From Nemertoderma westbladi (taxonomy: Eukaryota; Animalia; Xenacoelomorpha): 64,000 nucleotides of DNA. Location: contig JAUCBJ010000087.1 in assembly GCA_032718475.1 (NCBI GenBank), positions 6,961-70,960 of the forward strand, given 5' to 3'. A program made the position numbers and the translations under genes. Position 1 is the stretch's first letter. Each line of letters starts with the position of its first letter. Under the pieces are notes generated by a model. That model worked only from the letters and a program-made list of their open reading frames with translations, did not search any database and was not told the DNA's origin. Of the stretch, positions 12,649 through 24,667 are shown piece after piece.

Positions 12649-13245
12649 ATGGCTGGATCTGTACTAGAATCTGGTGAAATAAACTTAAATATCTCAGATA
12701 ACAATTTGCAAGCTTCTAGTACAGAATGTGAAATGGGAATAGAAATAATTGTCAAAAACAATCCCTCAAATGAGGATAATAATGTTGTCGATGCGATCAA
12801 TGGTAAAATCGACAGTGGTGATACTTTAGAAACAAGAAGAAAGTCACGCCTAAGTATGATATTGCTGTTAGTTGCAGGTTTGCGATGGAGAAAGGATTTG
12901 CCCGATTGTGTTTTCAAACAACTAACATATGATTCTTCATTTAACAAAATAGTTTTGAAAATCTGTGATAATTGGATATATTCTCTAATTGTCTTCTCTT
13001 TAATTTGTTTCAACTTATTTTCATACATGGTGTCATGTGTTTATATATACAACAGGGTTGGTGGTATTGATGGAAAGTTCATGATTGCATGTGTCCAAGC
13101 AAATTTTAGTACTTTGGGGGCATTGTCATATCTTGTGTGGTATTTTGTAAACTACAGAAACTCTTACTTTGCAGTATTACAATCACATATGGATGGAGTC
13201 AGCAAAATGGAGAAGGAAACAATCAAATGTATGCAGATAAAACAC
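12649..13245 (+). CDS. Gustatory-receptor-like (7tm_7/GRL) protein, 5' part, nested antisense in the MEN1 intron
   Basis: Open frame from ATG 12649 with a hydrophilic N-terminus followed by hydrophobic helices (ILLLVAGL, WIYSLIVFSLICFNLFSY, LGALSYLVWYF). It joins the 13578 ORF in frame once the insertion is removed. Confidence 0.7.
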
Positions 13246-13574
13246 GTTCGTGGGGCCTTCGAGCAGCACGAAGTGAGCAAAGCCTTTTGCATATGGTCAC
13301 CATTAATGAGTTGTCTGCCGTTAGTCAGAAGTCTTCAACACAATACTCGTCCTCATCTTGAGCCTCGTTGCGTTCGTTCGTTTTTGACCAAACTTCAGAT
13401 TCTTTCTAAACTTTTGACGGACTACATACATAACAAGTTTCGTTTAATTTCATCAAGAAATAACCTAGTTATTAGCGATCAAAAGTTTACGACGACAGAC
13501 GACGACGACGATAGACAACTCGCCAAGAATGGCACCCATATGCTAAGGCTTCGCTCACTTCGTGGCTTGCCCCA
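13239..13574. mobile_element. 336-bp inverted-repeat element inserted in the GRL coding sequence
   Basis: GC-richer than its flanks. Subterminal IRs GTGGGGC..CACGAAGTGAGCAAAGCCTTTTGCATATGG and CCATATGCTAAGGCTTCGCTCACTTCGTGGCTTGCCCCAC, an internal (GAC)n run, and CAGAT on both sides (13234-13238, 13575-13579). Confidence 0.85.
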
Positions 13575-13577
13575 CAG

Positions 13578-14417
13578 ATGTTGGCAATTAATGGATCTGT
13601 TAAAGATACAATAAAACATAAGAGATATTATTTAAAAATCACACTAATGAGCTTTTATTTACTATCAGGGTCACTTTCAATGATATCATTTTGCATTGCT
13701 TTCCATGAATACACATATATGCATGTTCTAGAGATAACTATCCAGCCATTTAATGTTGACCAATGGACCATTTGGATTACACCAAGGAGCCTGGCATCTC
13801 TATATACCACAGTTGTATTTTATGGTTTTTATGTATTTGCATTGCTCTTAGTCAATGATAGTTATGAAGATTTTTCCTTACTTGTCAGTGAAATTCAGTG
13901 TTATGTTAACAACAAGGGCGGCTTAAATGCACACATATTGTCATTCATCAACTTTAGGATTTGTAATCTCAATGTGCTTTTGCAGAAACGTGACAAATTA
14001 ATAAATATATGGTCTGGTTTTGTATTAACACTTGAAATACCTGTCCTATGTTTTTTCCTTTATCAAGGAATAAAGATGGGAACAAGTGAGAGCGTCGGAA
14101 ATAAAAAACTAACATTCCCTATAACATTTATTGGATTTGGACTACAGCTGATTTTCCTCATTGGATTGTTGTTGTGGAATTTGGGAAATCAATATTCTTT
14201 CAACCAATCTATGTTGCTTGCTGTTCAAGGTTTTCAAATTGATTACAACAACTGCAGTGAGGTTAACAAGATGGTACTCTTGTTTCAGACTATAAAGAGC
14301 TATAATTTTGGATTCACTATATTAAATATATTTGTTGTTGATAAATCATTAGTACTAACAGTATTTAGTCTTATAATATCATATTCTGTATTGATGTATC
14401 AGTCTGATATATCATAA
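13578..14417 (+). CDS. Gustatory-receptor-like (7tm_7/GRL) protein, 3' part
   Basis: 279 aa open frame with several TM helices, ending GFTILNIFVVDKSLVLTVFSLIISYSVLMYQ, which fits the GR/GRL TM7 signature (T/S)YhhhhhQ. Confidence 0.8.
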   Translation: MLAINGSVKDTIKHKRYYLKITLMSFYLLSGSLSMISFCIAFHEYTYMHVLEITIQPFNVDQWTIWITPRSLASLYTTVVFYGFYVFALLLVNDSYEDFSLLVSEIQCYVNNKGGLNAHILSFINFRICNLNVLLQKRDKLINIWSGFVLTLEIPVLCFFLYQGIKMGTSESVGNKKLTFPITFIGFGLQLIFLIGLLLWNLGNQYSFNQSMLLAVQGFQIDYNNCSEVNKMVLLFQTIKSYNFGFTILNIFVVDKSLVLTVFSLIISYSVLMYQSDIS

Positions 14418-14841
14418 TTTAATTGATAATGATATTATGAGTTGATGTAATTTGACTAAAATAATTTGTTCAATATCCTCAGGAAGTTGTTTAATATAAC
14501 AGCCTTGATCAACATTATCTCCACAGTCGCATATTACATATATTATGGCATATATTTAATATCAATATTTAATAATTTAATACGAGTGATATTATTGATC
14601 GTATTAAATGATTTTTGCCATGCTGAATTATTACGATTGATATTATTAGTCGTTTTAAATAATGTTTTTAAACTTAATTATTTCGCTTGATATATTGATC
14701 GATTTAAATAACAGTTGAATTATTTAAAATAGCTCGTATTAAATGTAGATCAGCTGGTATCCAGCTGATCTCTTGATTCATTTCTATACATGCTTCACTT
14801 ATCGTACCGGTATCACTGTACCAGTACTGCAGTATACTCCT

Positions 14842-15394
14842 CAGCCCTCCCAGCCAAAAAATCGATGAAAAAAAGGAATTTATATTTTCAAAAAAAAGGA
14901 AAATAGGATAGGATGCAGTTCAAAAAAAGGACAAAAAGGATCGGATACGGTTCAATAATGGGAAAAACTGAATTGATATTATCTTTTAAAAAAAAAGTAA
15001 ACATTATATTTCATGAACCTTAATATATAGGACTATTAAGAAACGTCGCTGTATTAAATGACAGGAAGAGATCAAAGTAAGTTAAAAATTAGAAACAACA
15101 GAATGAGAACATCGGCAATGGCAATATAATTATTGTAACTCAACATATCAATGAAATAAGAACTTAAAAACAATTACGAAAGTTTCACCTTTTTTGCCTA
15201 GTTATTAGAGATGGTTGAGCTCGGCCGATTGATGGTTATTGGTAGAGGTTTATCAAACGCTTGTAAATAGAACTTTAGTTTGAAAGTGATATAAAAACTT
15301 TGGTACGGATTTCCGGTCGCGGCTACATATTTATAAATAACAAAAAAGCTTTTCTTAGACGCAATTAAAATTCAACCATCTCCAGGGGAAAACG
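14842..15394 (+). repeat. ~550 bp dispersed repeat, copy 2
   Basis: Direct copy of 10544-11063 with small indels. Confidence 0.9.
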
Positions 15395-17124
15395 GATGCA
15401 AATAATAGCTGATTACGAGCAAAAATGAAACTGTAACCGTGTAAAAGGTTTTCTTTTATTGTTTTGGTTAGAATAGACTGCCACTGCAACCTGTTACTTT
15501 CCCTAAATTGAAAATCAACAATGTTAATTCACCAAGACAGGTTTTGTGTCAATTATAAATCTATTAAAGTTCCCCCCACTGCTACATTTTTATGGTAGCT
15601 TATTGTAACTTGTGATTTTTGTCAAAATAAACATACTCAAAATAAAAATCGGCATTAATATGCCCGTCAATCTCTGTTATAACCTTGTCAATATCAACAG
15701 CAAGCTGAAGTTGATCTTCTGAACAAAAAAAAAGTAAAAAATGTGCGAAAATGGACAAAAAAAAGTAAAAAAGGAAAAGTTCTAAAATAAAGGAAAATAA
15801 AGGAAATAAGGAAACTCTGGGTACAAATTCTGCGGTACAATTAATTGCTGTAATGCTGTACCGGTACATCACTATCATGATTCATTATTAAATAAACTAA
15901 ACGACGAAATTATAGTCAATCCGGCTAAAACAATTACACTTTTGGCATATAAGGTACTCCACCTCCAGGCCATTATTTATATCGTGTAACAATTTAGTGT
16001 TTTCAATAATGGTCTCCACCACACAAAATTTCCAGGATATTTATCAGCATCCTCAAAGATATGCTATGGAATGGAGTTCAGAGACAGACTAAACATAAAG
16101 TTAATATGATATAATTGATTTACATTGTTGGTACCAGTGTGGTAAATTGTTAAGTTCCTCCAGTTTGCCTTTTGCACCCGTGGTTTGCCATATTTCTTTG
16201 TAATACACCATTATTATAAGGCCTATACTACATTAAAGGCCATTGTTTTTTGGCAATTTCACTTCTCAAACTTGAGAAATAAACTCAAAATAAAAATATC
16301 AACATATATTTTGTATAACTCTAATACACCATAATTATTGGTCTCTGCACCTTGGGTTCTTGGAGAAGTAAAATAATGTAATCAATAGATATATAATAAA
16401 AACAGTTAGAAAACTTCCCAGTACAATAAATTATCTACTTTATTCTGTGAAAATCTCAACCATTAAGTAAATCATACATGCAACTTTCTTTGCATGAGTT
16501 CACTGGTTATTAGTACAATAATGGCGTAGAAGAAACAAAGTAAATAGCTCATATAACATGTCAGAGAGACTAACAATAATTCTGCCACTTTTGGGAGGTG
16601 TGGAGGTGCTTTTGTGCATTTTTGAAGATCCATATATATAATCAGAAAATGGGAGTGGAGTATACAGTATATCACAAGTCGTCGTTGCATGGTGTCATAA
16701 AAAGATAAATGTATATTTTGTATTAACTAAATATACTTAAGATTTATATGTACCGGTAACGGATTATATTATAATCTGTTAATAAATAAATTGTTGTGGC
16801 GGTCTGCATCTCCATAGTGGAAAATATCAACCGACCACGACCACCGACCCGACCCCTATATGGAACTGGAATATATGCGGTAACTTTCTATTTTATTAGG
16901 GAAATGAGCAGGTTACAGTAGCGGTGTTTTCTAACCAAAACATTAAACGAAACTTTATTTCACTTGCCGTCAATTTGCGCCACTAACTTTTTATTTTATC
17001 ACTAACTCAAAGGAATGCCGGGGTCTACGTTGGTATTACCATAGATACTGTACTGAGACTGACATACCGATCGGGACAATCATACTGTCATATGCTTTTG
17101 CTTTTATATCGGAATTTATTTTAC

Positions 17125-18051
17125 CTTGAGGTACAACTGGTTCGCGGTTACCCCAATATCGTCTCCATGGTGCGTCGGCTGCAATTCTAGAATATCGCCG
17201 AAGCAACCCAAGGACATTGGGTAATTACTCATCGCGCCTCGACTATACAATGTGTACAACAGCTGTCGTTGTAACCGCACCATCTGCTGGCTATCCAAAC
17301 TGTGTGTGATGGAAGGATTGATAGCAGTGACGGTGGCAACCACCTCCATCTCCCTGGAACAGCGGACCGCCTTCCCGTTGAGGTACAACCACCCGCGACT
17401 CTTCAACCCTTCCCCTACCAGCACACCCCGTTTATCCTCCAAACCCTTCCCGTGCCACGTGATCTCCATCTCGAGACACTCTGGTGATTTGGGATCGACC
17501 ACCTCCAACCACGAGTGATCCTCAGATAGGACTAAACGCACGTCGTTTAAACCGAGTTGGCGAAAAGCCGAGAGCACGGCGATGGCGACGCCAAAACAAT
17601 CGAGTTTCTTCTCGGTTAAGTAGCTGTACAGCGTCTGTATGTGCGCGCGGTCTTTGTTGTACGATGGGTTTAATTTGAACCAGACTGTGTCGGAAACAGC
17701 CCGGATAAGTTCCCGAGACACCGGATGCGTGCTGTACCTCAGCGGGTCGATGTATGTCTTTACGTAGGTGTCGAATGTTTTATAAAGGCTGCTGACGAGG
17801 TCCCAGTTCACCGCGGGGAAGGGGATCTTGTCGAGTTTCGAGCTATCCGTTGCCGCGCCAGCCGGGATGCATTGCGGGTCGGTTAACTTGGATTCTATCA
17901 CCCCCAATACTAAGGATAATAAAGTTATATTCGGCCCCAATTCGTGGTCTAAATTTCTTTCAAATAATTTAATTACTTTCTCGACTGAAGTCAATGGGAA
18001 ACAAGGTTTAAACTCGTTAAAAGCCACAAACTTCCTATCTTTACTTTGCAT
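17125..18051 (-). CDS. MEN1: Menin, coding exon 1 (N-terminal 309 aa)
   Basis: FPL...LLSLVLGVIE, SYNKDRAHIQTLYSYLTEKKLDCFGVA, LSEDHSW, EITWHGKGLEDKRG, WLYLNG and YPMSLG are menin hallmarks. Donor AAG|GTAAAA at 17125/17124, phase 0. Confidence 0.96.
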
Positions 18052-18225
18052 TTTTCTCGGTTTTTATTTCACATGAAAGTTATATTGCAGTATTGTATGC
18101 TAAAAACAAATAAACTGTACCTACAACTGTCAGACTGTAATAGGCTGATAGTGGATAGGATAGGCCTAGTAGCCTAGGGTAGCAGGGTAGGATAGGCCTA
18201 AATACCGAAATACTGAAATAGGGTA

Positions 18226-20372
18226 CCGTAGTTAGGCACAACATTGGCCCACTTTCAGCTACAAATTGTAAAGGAAGGCTTACCCCTATAATTTGAGTTA
18301 ACATTGGCTAGATAATTGCATAGTTACACATGTTAAGATTCACTTTCAACCTTTATGGCTGACTTTGTCATCCATAAAGGTTGATTTTTTTTAAAATAAA
18401 AAGTGGCCAAAGTTGTAACAGAAAGTTTCAACATTGGCCCACCAACAAAATTTAGTATTAAAATGTATAAATTCACCTATCTTGCAATGTTGTACTTTTA
18501 TTGTTCATCTTTGACCCATCAGAGGGAATTTTAAAAAAATACATAACCACCCCCCCCCCCCCCCCCCCAACAAAACAAATAAACAAAGAGGTAATCTATC
18601 AACACCATAGCTGCATAGTGATTGCATAGTTGCCGTATTGCTTAAGTCAATAGTTAATAAGCCAAGACAAAGCAAAACAGAATTTAGAAGACAAAGATAC
18701 AAAGTATCTAAAAGAACAAACATAGTTCTTATCTATCACATTAATTGCATATATAGTAAGTAGTATTGCACATAGATAGTTTAAAATTGCCAAAATAATT
18801 CAATTGTTCATATTCTCGAGATCGTCGAGGTCAGCCATTACTGGCATGTAATCAATATCCCGATCATAATCAGCTATACCTTCTATCTCATCACTTCCAA
18901 GATGCTCACCATAACCATAATCAGTAACCCCTGGATTGATATCCACATCAGAATTGTCTCATCATAATCTGCATTGTCTTCATCCTCATAACTTGTAGCC
19001 GCATTATAATCAGTATCCTCTTCATTATCAAAATACTCATCAGTGTCCCCCTCATAATCGGTATCACCATCACTATTAACACCAACAGCTTTATCAGTAT
19101 TGCTGTTGCCAACATTGCTCACATCACTTTCACTAAATGATTCATCTTGGGATCTCACACTCTTGCCAGGTTGTACTTCTAGACGAGATTTTTTCTTGCG
19201 TTTATTAAGACCTTGTGGACCGCGGAGTTGCTCCAGGTGATCAATGACAGAACTATCTATAGCAGCTCCTACATCAGCAGGTGCTAGTGTAGCAGATGGT
19301 AAGTTCTTAAGAACAGCGTGACGATCTAAAGGATATATTCCACATGCCCGGAACCCACTACGGATGTTATCGCTCTTTGTTTCTAAGGCATCAAAGAGAT
19401 TCTTAAGCAAAGTTGGGAATTTTTCTTTTGGTACTGTGACATTACTTCGAGGATTTGAAGATTTCCAAAGGTCAAGTTGTTTCCGCCAAATACGTTTCAT
19501 TGGGCCGAAAAATGCACGGTCAAGGGGCTGGGTCAAATGTGTCGAGTTCGCTGGTAAACATATGAACTTTATGTCGTTGCGATCACACAGTTTGAGGACT
19601 TCACCACTGAAGTGTGATGAAAGATTGTCGCCTATGACAACCTTGGAACCTTTCAGTTTCTTGAGATACGGTAGTGCCACCTTAATGAACCAGTCAGTAA
19701 AATATATTGTATCATACCACCCACTCTTTGTCCTACCGAATCTTGTCCCAAGGGGCCCACCATGAGTCCAGGTATCATATAAATGAACAGCATTATATAC
19801 TACATGGATAGGTAGCATGGTCCCATCAGCAGCACCAGAAACCATTATGGAGGTAGATGCTTTTGAAGAATTCTTTATCCTCTCTGGGTACTAATTCACA
19901 TAATTCACATACATCTTCTAACTAACTATTGGGTGTAAAATACCAAATGACTGGGCCAAAGTTGTCCCATTTACGAAAATATTTAGGTTCCAACATTGCC
20001 CACCCTATGAGAAGATATTATATATAATGACAGATGCAAAATAATGGTGTCAAACATTTTCAAATTTATCATATTTGTAGATTTAGTAACAACCGGGATT
20101 GTATTAATTACCTTTGCCACACTACAGCACAAGCTCCAAAGTGTAATTTTATAACTAAATTTAGTAACATATTTTAATGATCTAGTCTGTAAACAAAAAT
20201 TATTTGCAACCTATGTAAATTATAAGAAAAAGTTAAAGGACACATTAAACCATCAACCTGATGTGTTCCTACGGTTTGCAAATAAAATCGAACAGATTTA
20301 TAGCAATATATGATATTTTTTTCTAGTTGGGTCAATGTTGTACCCATGGGCTAAAGTTGTGCCTAAGTACGG
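18226..20372 (-). mobile_element. pogo/Tigger-type (Tc1/mariner superfamily) DNA transposon, internally deleted
   Basis: TIR CCGTAGTTAGGCACAACATTGGCCC / GGGCTAAAGTTGTGCCTAAGTACGG with TA on both sides. Contains a DDE_1 ORF. Confidence 0.9.
18883..19890 (-). pseudogene. pogo DDE_1 transposase lacking its N-terminal DNA-binding region
   Basis: ADGTMLP...KSGW...VIGDNLSSH...LPANSTHLTQPLDRAFFGPMKRIW...NIRSGFRACGIYPLD. The frame breaks upstream at ~19890. Confidence 0.9.
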
Positions 20373-20722
20373 TAGGCTATGTTGTAGGTAGGCCTACTGA
20401 CTGACTGAAAAAAAGTCAAATAATAGGCCTACCTGCCTACCGGTACAGTCTGACAGTAAAAAGCCTACAATACCGGTAACAGCGTACCGGTACGTACACC
20501 TACACCGTACAGTCTGACAGTATGGTAGGGCGGGGCAATTCCGGACTGCCGGACATGGGCAATTCGGGACAAGCATGCAAATGCCTACTGCAATCCTGGT
20601 CTATTGTATTTCTGTATTTCATAAAACCAGTGGGTATTTATTTATATTATAATGCCACGTAGGCCTACTAACGTAATTATAAATGCAAGAAACCACCACA
20701 CACCACGCACCATGCGGTATTT

Positions 20723-21497
20723 AGTACGTTTGAACGACACTCAGCACTAGCCAAACAAGCTTGAAATCAGATAATTAATGGTACCGGTACCGGTATAGCA
20801 GTATTATGCGCCACCTTGAGGATTGCGCGGGTATTATTTATTAAGTTCTTTGAAGGGAATTTATTATTTTAATGTAGTCTACATTGCAAGCTAATAACGC
20901 TGTTACGGTTGCTTATTTCATATGTTGGCCCTGAAAAGGGCCTTTTGGGTTGGTTTAAGACGTACAGTAGTTGCGGCCTTGAAAAAGGCCGTTTGTGTCG
21001 GTTTGGGCAATAAGTCGTACAGTACAGCAGTACTGTAGTTGGCCCTGAAAAGGGCTTTGAAGGTCGTATAGACATTCAGAAGGGTAGTAATGTTTGAAAA
21101 GAGCAAGGAGATTAGAGAAAGGTGATTGAAATGTCTCAAACCACATTCCAGAACGTGCAGTTCGTTTGTGCTTATTAGTACCAGAGCATCGCTAAACAAG
21201 CCACGTGAATCCCCTGTTTGCCTGTCCTTCGCCAGCGCAATTTTAGATTGTGCATTGGTGGCCCATTCGGTTGTAGAGGACGGAGGAGAAGCTCCGCGCG
21301 CTTTGCGCAAACTCAATATAGCTAACAGTAGGACCAATACAGTAAGTAGTGTTTTAGTATAATACAATACTAATGGTATAAGACAATCCGCATTGCCCTC
21401 AAGATGGCGCACCATACTGCTATACCGGTACCGGTACAAATTTTTATCAGTTTCTATCTGATTTCAGGATTGTTTGGCTAGTGTCGTTCAAACGTAC
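20723..21497. mobile_element. MITE with ~100 bp imperfect TIRs
   Basis: GTACGTTTGAACGACAC...TAGCCAAACAA...GTACCGGTACCGGTATAGCAGTAT...GCGCCA.CTTGAGG is mirrored at ~21395-21497. Confidence 0.8.
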
Positions 21498-23604
21498 AAA
21501 TACCCCACCACGCAGGTACACCGACAGTCGGGGAGAAGTTATATTTCCATCTGAGTTGAAATTTGATCTTCATCTTTTAAAATTAAACTTTTTATTAAAA
21601 TTCAACTTTTAAAGTAGGATTTGAAATTCAACTTTTTGAGTAGGTTTGGAAATACTTAAATATCGAATTGGAATTCATTACTGGAATTCCATTATTATTG
21701 TTATAATTATGACGTACAGAGTTAATTTAATATGTCTAACAAATTCCAGTAATATTTCAGCTAATTTCGAAATGTAATCACCTAAAATATTAAAAAAAAA
21801 GTAATCCCAACGATGAACGTTTCTATTCCATCGGTAATGAAGGGGAGAGTTAATTTATCGAGTTATATCCATAAAAACAATAAAAACACCCCTTCTATCA
21901 CGTCTTGGGGGCCTTCTGGGCTTCCTGCCATTTTAGAGTTGAATTTTCAACTTAAAAGTTGAATTTTGAAAAAAAAGTTTTAAATTTCAACTGCCAATGA
22001 AGATTTGAAGGGAGCTGTACAGTATATAGGTACCATGAGGAGAAAGGAAGCGGGCACGCGGGTTATCAATTCGCCAGCTAGAGGAAGAAACAGGAATTAA
22101 AAGGAGCACCATAGGTCAGTGGATTAAAAGTAACTGGACTGAGACTTAATGTCTTTAAAAGATGGAGGTGGAAGAGGCGAGGATGGATCGCCTCCGGACC
22201 TCGTCCCACTGGTACGACCAGCATCTTTATCAAGAACAACTCGAAATTGATAGAGCGGCGGAAGCAGAACGGTTGTACCACCACCACCACCACAACCACA
22301 CCACCCCCCCCCCCCCCCCCCTTCCCACATGAGAACTGGGAGACCCCCGAAGATTTCATAGAGGAATCCTGGTGTAGGTTATAATTATTATAATATAAAT
22401 TACTTTATACTATACTATACTTTATAATATAAATAATATAATATAATTTAATATAGAATTACTTACGCTAGACACAAAGTAAGCTAACAGATAATAGAGT
22501 TCGACCCCTCATGCTTGAATTTGAAAATAAAAAATCTATAATTACTACAATATGCGTGTCCAATATACAGTATATTCTCACAATTCATAATTTACATAAT
22601 TCAGGGTTGTACTGTAGCTAATAAATAGCGCTTTATTATTAATTATATGGTACCCGCATTTTCTCACCAATAATTTAATTTTAAAATCAACCTGTTTAAT
22701 AGTTCGTGTTTCGGTATTGAGTTTCAAACGATAGTAACGATAGTTTGTTTTAGATAATGAAATTCTTTAAATCATTTATTATATAGACCTACTGTACGAT
22801 TGTAACTGCGGTGCTGGGGAACATCATTATTGTTGCATCATAAGCTTTATAAATAAACATGTTAACCACTTCATTAAGAGACCGCTTAAAGTTGGAAGGC
22901 CTTGTCATTTCGGACCTGGTAGACATAGAGCCATCACTGAAGAGGTAGAATAATTTATGGTTTCAGTACCTGAATATCTTGGCTATACTGGTTGGCTTTT
23001 CGACAAAAATCCAATAGTATCTACATCATTGTCCAGAATAGGGGGTGGTTTCCCTTCACTTCTATGGGGCTTTCTTTTATTCCTACCTGTCCCATATACG
23101 TTGTGTAATGATTTCCAACCTGTCCCATATAGGGGCATCCAATCAAATCATCATATGAGCCACGACCTCTTCATCGGACCAATACTAACATTCCTAAAGT
23201 TAGGCATCTCCCTTATTGGCTATTAAATGTAAAGGTTGATGGAAAATTCTGGAAAAAAGTGTCAACTACGAATGCGGGGATCATTATAACAACCTATACT
23301 GGACAGAGCAACGTATTTGGGACAAGAGCTGGTTGAGGTATATCCCCTAGTTATTCCCTAGTTATGGTTAAAGATATATTTTGAGCGCCTTGCAAATGGC
23401 TTGTAAGACTGTGATGCATTATAGGCTATAGTGTCATCATAGTCACATTATCTCGTTTCATGTTGTGCAATTTATTCATATTGTGAAATTTATTCATGTT
23501 GTGCAATTTATTCATTTATAATAAATCTAAATAATTTGTTTAATAATAATTAAATATAATTAAATTATTAATATCGCACCCTTATCCCCCAGATTCAACT
23601 TCAT

Positions 23605-24268
23605 CTCAGATGGAATGGATGGACAGGGGATGTCGGGGGTAGATAGAGTGAGTGGACAGGGGATGTCGGAGGTAGTAGGAGTAGATGAACAGTAGGTGTC
23701 GGGGCAGATGGAATGGGTGGACAAGGGATATCGGAGGTAGATGGAGTTGGTGGACAGGGGATGTCGGAGGTAGATGGAGTTGGTGGACAGGGGATGTCAG
23801 AGGTAGATGGAGTTGGTGGATGGGGGATATCGAAGGTAGATGGAGTTGGTGGATGGGGGATGTCGGAGGTAGATGGAGTGGATGAACAGGTGATATTGGA
23901 GAAGATAGGTGGAGTGGGTGGACAGGGGATGTCGAGATTGATGGAGTGGGTGGACATGGGATGTCAGAGGTAGATGGAGCGTGTGGACAGGGGATGTCAG
24001 AGGTAGATGGAGTGGGTGGACAGGGAATGTAGATAGGGGATGTAGACAGGGGATGGCGGAGGTAGATGAAGTGTGTGGACAAGGGATGTTGGAGGTAGAT
24101 GGAGTGGACGGACAGGGGAAGTCAGAAGTAAATGGAGTGGATGGACTGGGGGTATCGGAGGTACACGGAGTTGGTGGACAGGGGATGTCTGAGGTAGATG
24201 GAGTGGATGGACAGGGAATGTCGGAGGTAGATGGAGTGGATGAACGGGGGATGTTGGTGTTGGTAGAT
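23605..24268. repeat. G-rich minisatellite, 33-bp unit (GAGGTAGATGGAGTTGGTGGACAGGGGATGTCG)
   Basis: About 19-20 diverged tandem units, which explain the stacked repetitive ORFs on both strands. Confidence 0.92.
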
Positions 24269-24354
24269 GGATTTATAAAGGATTTGATAATGTTTATGAT
24301 CTGGATGGAGAGAATAACATTGTCCAACAGTTAGCATATCCACGAAATCAGGGG

Positions 24355-24590
24355 ATTTTGCATGGTAATGCCACATCAGCCCAAAGCAGATGTCGATCTC
24401 CTGATGATAGACGTATCAGGGATTCTCATAAACAAGCATTGTGCGATGCTGCTGGTTGCAGATATAAGTGCGAGTTGGGCTGTAAAGAGAAGATTAACAG
24501 TGAACATCGTCAGGAAATTCAAGATACCTCCTGGAGTTTACACAGTAATGAACGTAAGCAGCTTCTAATGAGCTTTGTTGAAAAACTATT
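24355..24590 (+). pseudogene. Fragment resembling the N-terminal Cys region of a Sola1-type transposase
   Basis: CDAAGCRYKCELGCKEKINSEHRQEIQDTSWSLHSNERKQLLMSFVEK resembles the C..C...I....R..I...FW.L pattern; recalled by eye. Confidence 0.4.
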
Positions 24591-24667
24591 TACTACACAT
24601 TTCTCTGGTATAATTTTAATATTAAAAAATGAAATATAAATGCACAATAAATAAACACCTATATTTC

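Noticed and set aside
12561-13028. 155-aa minus-strand ORF as an extra MEN1 exon
   Set aside because: It is the antisense shadow of the GRL gene, and the two MEN1 exons already join without a gap in homology.
13229-13577. Alternative donor GTATGC at 13229 for removing the insertion
   Set aside because: It is phase 1 and would join out of frame to the acceptor at 13577. It could still compete with the in-frame donor at 13246.
13239-13614. C-terminal ~125 aa of the 330-aa ORF as genuine protein
   Set aside because: It is read-through into the inserted element.
20918-21439. 173-aa ORF
   Set aside because: It lies within a MITE, starts in the TIR and has no recognisable domain.
22030-22380. 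GC-rich exon-like stretch with a His/Pro run
   Set aside because: No recognisable homology or convincing splice pair, so it cannot be supported as a gene.
23601-24376. Multiple overlapping Pro-rich or Gly-rich ORFs
   Set aside because: They arise from a stop-poor 33-bp minisatellite.
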